Positions 55,108 to 64,000 of a stretch of 64,000 nt of DNA are shown here, one piece after another. Position 1 is the stretch's first letter; the number at the start of each line of letters is the position of its first letter. Both the position numbers and the translations under genes were made by a program. Below the pieces are notes generated by a model. It searched no databases, was not told the origin of the DNA, and saw only the letters and a list, made by a program, of their open reading frames with translations. Source of the stretch: Octopus vulgaris (Eukaryota); NCBI GenBank assembly GCA_951406725.2, contig OX597817.1, positions 163,370,001 through 163,434,000 of the forward strand, written 5' to 3'.

Positions 55108-56026
55108 TTGTGTGTATACATATATGTATGTGTGTATGTGTGTGTATTCTTGTGTTTCTGTCTGTCAACTTTTATTGGTTTGATTACGTCCCTGTAATTT
55201 AGCTGTTCGGAAAAAGGAAACCGATAGAATAAGTGCCATGCTTAAAAATTGGGATCGATTGAAGGTAGTTCTTCGGCCACAGCAGCAATCCAGTGACTTA
55301 AAACAAATAAAAGATAAAAAATTCTTTTTAGTGTTGCGAACGTCTGCGTATATTCTTCTACTCATTGTTGTTGCCATCGCTGACGCAGACACCAATGTCA
55401 ATGGTGATTTGTAAGATTTAGTATAGAGATATTATGCATATTATGTATAACGTGCTATTTAGGAATTGCATTATGGTGGCTGTGTGAACAAAACTGCAGC
55501 ATCGGTGTAGATTAATAACAGTAAAGACAATGAATGGCGCTAATCACTACGAGTCTGTGACTATCCGCGAGAGGGTGGCTGGTCAGCGCACGAGGGAAGA
55601 TGCGTTTCAATAAATCATGATAGGATATCAATGTAACTGGAGAACGAAGCAAAATTGCCCACTAATGTTCGGTAAATATCACTATCACATTTCTGCTGAG
55701 ACAGAAAAGATTTAAATAACATAGAATAACATAGTGATTGCTGTACGTAAGTGTATGCAACATGCTAAACAGAAATAAGATAGTTGAGTGAAGGTGGAAA
55801 AGAGGCACAGAGAGAGGGAGAGAAAGAGAAAGAGAAAGAGAGAGGGGGAGGAGCAGCGAGAGAGAATGAGAGAGAGAGGTGCACGAGAGCCGGGTATACA
55901 TAATGTTAAGGTCTTGCATGATTCAGGGCAAAAATGCTAAAGAAAGCAACGAAACTGGTAACACACATTCGTGTGTTACCATATATATATGTATGTATAT
56001 ATGCTTGTGTATACGTATATATATAT

Positions 56027-56057
<31 letters not shown>

Positions 56058-56096
56058 TACACACACATATATATATATATATTTATACATATATAT

Positions 56097-56154
<58 letters not shown>

Positions 56155-56861
56155 TTTATTTAAAGCAGCAGAAAATTCAACAAAACCTGTTACTCTGAGT
56201 TTCCCGTTGCCGTTTATATATATATACATACATACACATATACATATAAACACACACACACGCATACACACACACACACACATATATATATACACTGTGT
56301 GGTGCGTGAAATTTAAATAGCTCGCCGATGTATGGCAGTCATTCTGCAATCCCTTTATGAGAACAAATAAATCACACCATCCGGTGCCTATCCTAGATGC
56401 TTGCAACATATCATAATACTTATAAAGATAGAGATTGGATTGCCAATATCTAGCTGCATTATAAATACTATCTATCAACTGAAAATAAATGGGCAATGGG
56501 TATCATATGTCAATGGAATCTACATAATATTCCTACATGTATACGATTATTAAAAGCTTTTTAAACGCAGTCAAGCAGTGATTGGCCCGTTGAAACCCTA
56601 TTTGAGTAGAAAATTTCCAACGAACGCAATTGTTCACATACTCATTGCACGCATGCAATAAAAAGGAAATCCATATGATATATTTGACACTTAACGGAAT
56701 TCCATCTTTGCTTGCGTTTTGAAATATGTGCCCATTTAGCTCGTACACACGATCACTATTGTTTTTCATTTTTTTCATCTTTATCTAGTTTCATCTCACG
56801 AGCTGTGGCCATACTGGGGCACCGCCATTGTTAATATTATTATTATTATTATTATTATTAT

Positions 56862-57070
56862 TAAGGTGGGAAGCTGGCACAGTCATTGGCATATCGGACA
56901 AAATGTTTAGCGGCGTTTCTTTGCATTTTGTGTTCAAATTGTCGAGGCCAACTTTGCCTTTCATCCTTTCGGGGTTAATAAATTAAGTACCAGTGAAACG
57001 CTGGGGTCGATGATGTAATCGACTAGTCCCTTCCCCCAAAATTTGAGGCCTTGCGCCTATAATAGAAGGG

Positions 57071-57129
<59 letters not shown>

Positions 57130-57667
57130 TACTATTACTACTATTATTATTATTATTATTATTATTACTACTATTATTATTATTACTACTATTATTATTA
57201 TTATTATTACTACTATTATTATTATTACTACTATTATTATTATTATTACTACTATTATTATTATTATTATTATCATTACTACTACTACTACTATTATTAT
57301 TACTACTACTATTATTATTACTATTATTATTATTATAGGGTGGTTGGAATCATTACCACGTGGGAAAAATGTAAGGCGACATTTCTTCTGGTTTTACGTT
57401 CTGTGTTCAAATTCCGTTGAGGTCGACTTTGTTTTTCATCCTTTCTAGGTCGATGAAATAAGTACTAGTTGAACACTTGGGTGGAGATAATCGGCTAGTC
57501 CCTTCCCACAAAATTTCAGGTTTTGTGCTTGTAGTAGAAATGATAAGTAATATTTTCATAAATTAAGGCGGCGAGCCTTAATTAATGATGATTGTGTACT
57601 GGGGTCGTTGCAATCGACTATTCCTCTACCCCAAAATGTCAGGCTTTGTGCCTATGATAGAAAGGAT

Positions 57668-57668
<1 letters not shown>
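56862..57668 (+). mobile_element. Cluster of old family B-related SINEs with expanded (ATT/ACT)n tails
   Basis: Diverged cores at about 56950 and 57425 plus a tail fragment at 57595; each ends in gcct..tagaa followed by A/T-rich or trinucleotide repeats. Confidence 0.65.
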
Positions 57669-57727
<59 letters not shown>

Positions 57728-57942
57728 CATAATTATTTTAATGACAACTAGCGATGTCCTTCCATCTAAATATGGTCGGCTCATTAATACATCGGCGCAT
57801 TTTTGCTGAAACACTTCCATAGTATAATTCTTGGATAAAATTGAAAGGTGCATAGCAGATTGGTTAATCTGAGAAACTTTCAACAAAATGCATTGAGTTG
57901 TTCTCTATAAGATTAACGAATGATTCGATGTCATTCTGTCGC

Positions 57943-58025
<83 letters not shown>

Positions 58026-58044
58026 CGTCCGTCCATCCAACTTA

Positions 58045-58132
<88 letters not shown>

Positions 58133-58137
58133 CGTCC

Positions 58138-58203
<66 letters not shown>

Positions 58204-58300
58204 TTATCTATCTATCTGTCTGTCCGTCCATCTATCTATCCATCTATCTGTCTGTATGTCTGTCTATCTATCTATCTATCTATCTCACTATCTATCCATC
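57943..58300. repeat. (TCTA)n microsatellite
   Basis: Direct reading. Confidence 0.95.
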
Positions 58301-58702
58301 CACACATACATTTATGTATATACAAACAAACACGCATACATATACAGAGATACGTATATAAGATCTATCCATTTCTGTTTCCCTTAACAAGTTTTGGAGC
58401 CGTATACACAGTGACAGCAGAAATTGATAGATTAAGATGGATTACATGACATGTCTGGAAAAGTTTGCAGAATATGTTATATGAAATATATCAGTAATGT
58501 AAAAACTTAGGAATATTTTCCATCCGTTCATTTGTATGCATATGTATATACACACATACACACATACGCGTGCGCGCGCACACACTCACACACTCACTCA
58601 CGCAGAGAAACAGCTCTCTCTATATATATACTTACATCTCACATATGTCAACATAATATTTGTGTGTGTATATGCATATCTATTCATGTAAATATATATA
58701 TA

Positions 58703-59030
58703 TGGCTCAGTGGTTAGAGCGTCGAGCTTACGATCGTGAGGTTGTGAGCTCGAATCCCGGACCGGGCTGCGTGTTGTGTTCTTGAGCAAGGCACTTTATT
58801 TCACGTTGCTCCAGTTCACTCAACTGTAGAAATGAGTTGCGACGTCACTGGTGCCAAGCTGTATCGACCTTTGTCTTTCCCTTGGATAACACTGGTGGCG
58901 TGGAGAGGGAGGCTGGTATGCATGGGCGACTGCTGGTCTTCCATAAACAACCTTGCCCGGACTTGTGTCTAGGAGGGTAACTTTCTAGGTGCAATCCCAC
59001 GGTCCGTCATGACCGAAGGGGGTCTTTACC

Positions 59031-59035
<5 letters not shown>
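58703..59035 (+). mobile_element. tRNA-derived SINE
   Basis: Head ggctcagtggttagagcgtcg; tail shared with 1030-1200. Confidence 0.8.
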
Positions 59036-59084
<49 letters not shown>

Positions 59085-59171
59085 TTAGATATATGTAGAA
59101 GATATGTATGTATACATACATGTATATGTATATAATATGTATGTATATATATAATGATACATGCATATATG

Positions 59172-59220
<49 letters not shown>

Positions 59221-59346
59221 ATGTATATATGTATATATATAATTTAAATAATCAGAAAATGGAGAAGATTTTTGATCAACAAACAAATTTGACCACATCT
59301 GTAGATTATTTTTTAATACAAAACTTGACATAACATGGTATAACAT

Positions 59347-59460
59347 TTCTTACGGCCGTTTCCGCTTCCAGTATTAGTTGGTGCTTACGAATGAATTTCG
59401 AAAATAATATTCGTCATCTTCATAGCACATTCAATCTAGTACATGGAGCTTCATCAGAGT
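59347..59460 (-). ncRNA. Hammerhead motif with about 90-nt stem II
   Basis: CUGAUGA-a-gcucca...uggaagc-g-GAAA-C(GGCC)GUA; the long stem II pairs in blocks (gugcu/agcac, acgaau/auucgu); stem I only 2 bp. Confidence 0.55.
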
Positions 59461-60406
59461 GAATACAAATGCGTAAAATAAAATAAACGAGGGGAATAGA
59501 GAATAGGAAAGAACAGGGCCTCGAGAAGAGACCAGAAGGCTCAATGTGTTATAGTCATACTATCTTGCAGCGTAGAGCTAACTCTGCTGACCTTATATAT
59601 ATATAATATGCATACCTGTATTAATATAAGAAGGTGGTATTAGAAGTGAATTCAGATCTATTAGTTCCATATGATTTTCCTTGTGATTTCAACTGTTGTG
59701 TTATTTTCTCAACGTACATGTTGCAGCATATGCATATATAGTTGTATATCAACATCAAGAAAGCTAACTCATCTCATCAAAAACTAGAGTAAATCCTGGA
59801 TGAAGTCTTCACGTTCCGGTATTTTCGATGAGATGAGTTAAATTTCTCTATTATATATTTTTGTGGAAGTATACAGTTGCATTATATAATGCATATTGAT
59901 GTAAAATGTACGTATATAATGTGGAATGGAAAAATTACGGAACAGCTGTAATCATATAGAAATAAAACGGAAATAATAAAACTTTATCTTTCATACCGCC
60001 TGATTTTTATTATAATTTACTCCTGTAGACAATACTACTTGCATATTCTGAATTTTTGGTTGCATGGAAAAGTTAAACTGTATCGTAATTTGATTGCTAT
60101 GGGAACAGCTAGCCGATTTCATGCAGGAGTTCTTATTGTAAGTTCTGTTGGATTCTCTGAATCCAATTATCTTCTTTATTTGTAAATTTATAAGTATGTG
60201 TATATATGTTTGTATATATATGTGCATATATATATTTACTTGTGTGTGTGCGTGTGTATATGTGTGTGTGAACTCGAAAATTCACTTCGTAACAGTTCGG
60301 AGTTTCTCGCAAAATATTTGTATGCATGAATGCATACATACATACATACATACATACATACATACATACACACGTGTACATACACAAATACATATATATT
60401 GTATCA

Positions 60407-60500
<94 letters not shown>

Positions 60501-61155
60501 ATATATATGTATGTATGTATATATGTGTATGCTTACATGTAGGCATGTGCATGCGCATGCGTTTTCTTTTGTTCTTTAATGTGTCTAGCGATTGCAGACA
60601 TTTTTGTCCTTTTCCTATTTATGGTCCCTAATCTATATATTCAAACTCACAAGAACTGAAGATTGCCAGTATATTTAGAAAAAAATCTGCTTTATTCTCC
60701 TAATAAGAAAGATACTACAAGAAAAGCATAGAATACCTGCTACTTGAAATACAAACTTTTCTTTTGCTTAATTGAAAAACATAGATTAAATTTGGTTTTA
60801 TAGATTATTGGAAAAAAGTTGGGTTTATGAGTTTATCTATGAATATACTTTAGTAACACTTCAATGTTGATAAATAAATAACGTGCAAAGACATCTTTTA
60901 AATTCAGGAGTTCTAAACAAAACCTTCATTCATTCTAGAATATGTTTTAACTAAATTTTCAATTTTACGCCCGAAATTGATAGCAGATTTTCATTATCTG
61001 AAAAACCGCCATGTTTACACCAATAAAAACATGGATGCTTGATATATGATGAAAGTAATTCATATATTTTTTATTTATATACATATTTCATTTATATACA
61101 CACAAACACATATACATTCATAACATCAAACATACATACATAACTATATAGATGC

Positions 61156-61236
<81 letters not shown>

Positions 61237-61829
61237 ATAATTAAGGTGGCTTGACGCAATTTTAAACCAAGAAAGAAATAATTCACCGTCACTAAAAGTG
61301 ACCAAGGGTGCAGTGAGCACCGGCACTGCTAGAAACAAGAGTCAAAGATTCTTTAGCCACATAAAGCACGTATTCAATTGGAACTGACAGGGGAGGACTA
61401 CCGAGTAATGACACATGCTAGAAGAATACGCCAAATGGCTCTAAAACTACTTTATTTATCACACACACACACACACACACACTCACAAAGTCAGATTGAA
61501 AATAACTGCTTAAAATAAATGACTAAAGTAATAATTAAATAAGTGTCATTTGTCTTATAAAAAAATGTTTTTTATTGAACATAATTCTGACTACTATCGT
61601 ATCAAACGATCAACAATCCATGAACCATGTTCATAAATTGGCAAAACCAATGGAATAGAATTTACATATGTATAAGTACATATTGTTTGCGAAAGTCATA
61701 CAAATCATGCTGGATTTTCTCTTATCGCCAATTATCTTTAATAAACCACTTTAATTATTAATCATGGTCACCTTATTAATCTCATTTAATTCTCTTAAAT
61801 TCTTTTAACATTGATTAAAGTCAAATTAA

Positions 61830-62280
61830 ACACTATTTTGTGAAATGCTACCGCCATTGATATTTTAGCTATTAATCTCGGCAGATCTTTTTACGAGATT
61901 CGATACATTACAGAGACGGTGTGTAATAAAGCCGACATCGGTGAGTCTCTAATAAACTTAGATCAATCTAAAGCATTCGATAGGAAAGACCATCAGAACT
62001 TGGCCGCCATCCTTAGCGTAGCTAGTTTTGTTTCGTTTTCTGATGCTTATTGGTTCTACTGTGTTGCAGCATCCACTCGGTGATCGGAATAAATAATCAT
62101 CTGCCAGAACCGTTTCCATTTATTTTTAATTCGTCAAGGATGTTTTCAATCATCGCTCTTGCACATTTCGGTATTTTGAGCCATTGCCTCGGAAGCAACA
62201 GCGTTTGAATTGGTATGTACAAAGATAGTGTAGGTATATACAGACCACGTTAACGTGATCGTATCTACTTATTTGTACTT
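61830..62280 (+). mobile_element. Old L1/Tx1-like LINE reverse transcriptase remnant
   Basis: NLDQSKAFDRKDH, IRQGC and VYTDHVNVIV (YADD-like) occur in order. Confidence 0.6.
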
Positions 62281-62284
62281 GTGA

Positions 62285-62499
62285 CAGTGTTCACCCAGGG
62301 CGGGTTGAGCCGGCTTCTTCTCTGGTCCTAACGGCATCACGAACCATGGCGGCCCATGCTCGACGGTCCTGTGCGAGGTCACTGGAGATAGCAAACCATT
62401 CGCGGTTCCATCTGCGCAGACCGGCCAGACTGAGAGTTCGGGGAGGTCCTCCTTTATCGTCGTTGCCCAGGTCTTCAGCTGCCCGCCCGTGCGTTTGCG
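62285..62499 (-). mobile_element. RTE-clade LINE 3' end
   Basis: RKRTGGQLKTWATTIKEDL...WNREWFAISSDLAQDRRAWAAMVRDAV on - strand. Confidence 0.75.
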
Positions 62500-62868
62500 A
62501 ATTATCTACCTATGCAACCAATTAACAACCCTCAAACTGCTATGGCTCTTCAAACTACTCCTGGAGCAGTTCCGCTCTTTAAACGTAGGACAGAACTGAA
62601 GGTAGCGTGCTGGAACGTCAGAGCCCTTCGCAATAACGGTGTCCAGGCGCTAACAATGAAGGTTTTGCACAAGTACTGCGTGAATGTTGCTTGCCTTTCA
62701 GAGGTTCGACTCGCTGATGTTGGTCATCTACCTATTAAGGTGCCGGGCGAGGATGTCAGATATCACCTGTATTATGGTGACGTGACCGCTGTGGAGCTCA
62801 GCCCTGACGCGCAAGCGGCTCTGCTAGTGTGGCAACCGATCTCACGCCGACTCGCGCTGGTTCGATTT
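62500..62868 (+). mobile_element. RTE-clade LINE APE endonuclease N-terminus, inverted relative to the 3' piece
   Basis: LKVACWNVRAL...VACLSEVRL...WQPISRRLALVRF is the APE endonuclease start. Confidence 0.75.
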
Positions 62869-64000
62869 GATCGTATCGGACACTATGAAAATCGGGAAAG
62901 GAATACAAGATAGTATTAAGAGCAAATAGTAACTGGTACAAGTCGATGAGGATGCGAGTCTATGTCAACCAGTATCGACAGGAGCATAAACAAGAATAAA
63001 AAGTGTGCAAAATCATTCTTATGTACAGATAGAAAAGTGGCTGAAATGTGTATGGGTGTTATTTGGTACCTCAAAAAAGGGAAACGGAACGGGTCAGTAG
63101 AAGCCTTGTTTTGAAATAAGGAAGAACGAAAGAGACATTTCGTTAATCCACGTATCTCGGCAGAATCTAATCTGCTTTCTACCTATTTAGGTCGACATTG
63201 TATCAATGTGTCGATTTATAACATGATACCAAACTAGTATCTGTGGAGGTTTTAGTGGTGATTGTTGGAAAAACACAGTGTGATAGTAGACTTCCGAGTT
63301 TCCTCTCACAGGAAATGCTGTAGGACTTGGTTGGAGATTCAAGTGCTAATCACATCCGAGGAGTTAAATTTTCAAAGCAGTTTGATATTGAAGGCATACA
63401 AAATATGATGGTAGTTGTGGAAGACAGAAGACCAAAGTACCTTACATGTGGTCAAAATAACTATTACTGGCCATTTCTGTTCAACATTAAAAATGAAAGC
63501 TACACTGTTAAATACAAAAGCATTGATAAAAACAAACTGCAAAAATCAAAATCACTTCTTCTCCTGCAATCCTCTTAGAAGGATACCATTCCTTGAACGA
63601 AAAAAAAAAATTTAATTAATTCCCATGGACAACCTGTGGACTTTGACTTCACCAGATACTTTGTTTAGCGACGAAGCTGAATCAGAGAATTAACACGGTA
63701 GATGGCCGGTTGGAAGATGAAGTAGAGCAGAAACCGGTTTGTAGATAAGTGTGAAGAGGGTTTGTAGATCTGTGTTATGGTTGACGGCCTATGTCCGGCG
63801 GATTGTGTCATACACAACTAGAGTCAATTTCCACAATCCTTTTGAAGCGAGGAAGATGCGGTAGTCTTGTTGTGTACGAGTTGAAGCGAATTATTTAGAA
63901 GAGTAGGGTACTCAAAAGTAAATATTATTTGAGACATCATTTACTAGAGTACAGGTGTACCTTTTCAGGCATGGTCAGAGAACCTTCTTATTTTTGCCTT

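Noticed and set aside
55330-55410. Candidate USP exon 1 (IDIGVCVSDGNNNE) on - strand
   Set aside because: In-frame stop follows and no suitable donor.

Overview
AT-rich, microsatellite-saturated animal genomic DNA; the repeat families look like those of octopus (inference). Most ORFs in the track are translations of simple repeats. One host gene is supported: a universal stress protein (USP/UspA-domain) gene on the - strand. Three spliced coding exons (37084-37164, 22841-22932, 17619-17867) join in frame with canonical GT-AG sites; the first coding exon was not found. The rest is mobile DNA: a near-intact IR/DR Tc1 (DD34E) transposon, a second Tc1 remnant, two mariner-derived MITEs, a Helitron-type and a Helentron-like non-autonomous element, RTE, Tx1-like and RLE-type LINE fragments, a Penelope GIY-YIG remnant and about 30 tRNA-derived SINE copies. 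Two less obvious patterns stand out. (1) About nine minimal type-I hammerhead ribozyme motifs with different stem II sequences sit in short elements, mostly beside (TA)n/(CA)n tracts; two are paired with an inverted fold-back copy and one follows a Penelope endonuclease remnant. (2) One SINE family repeatedly forms head-to-tail arrays joined at the same internal position, consistent with insertion into its own older copies.
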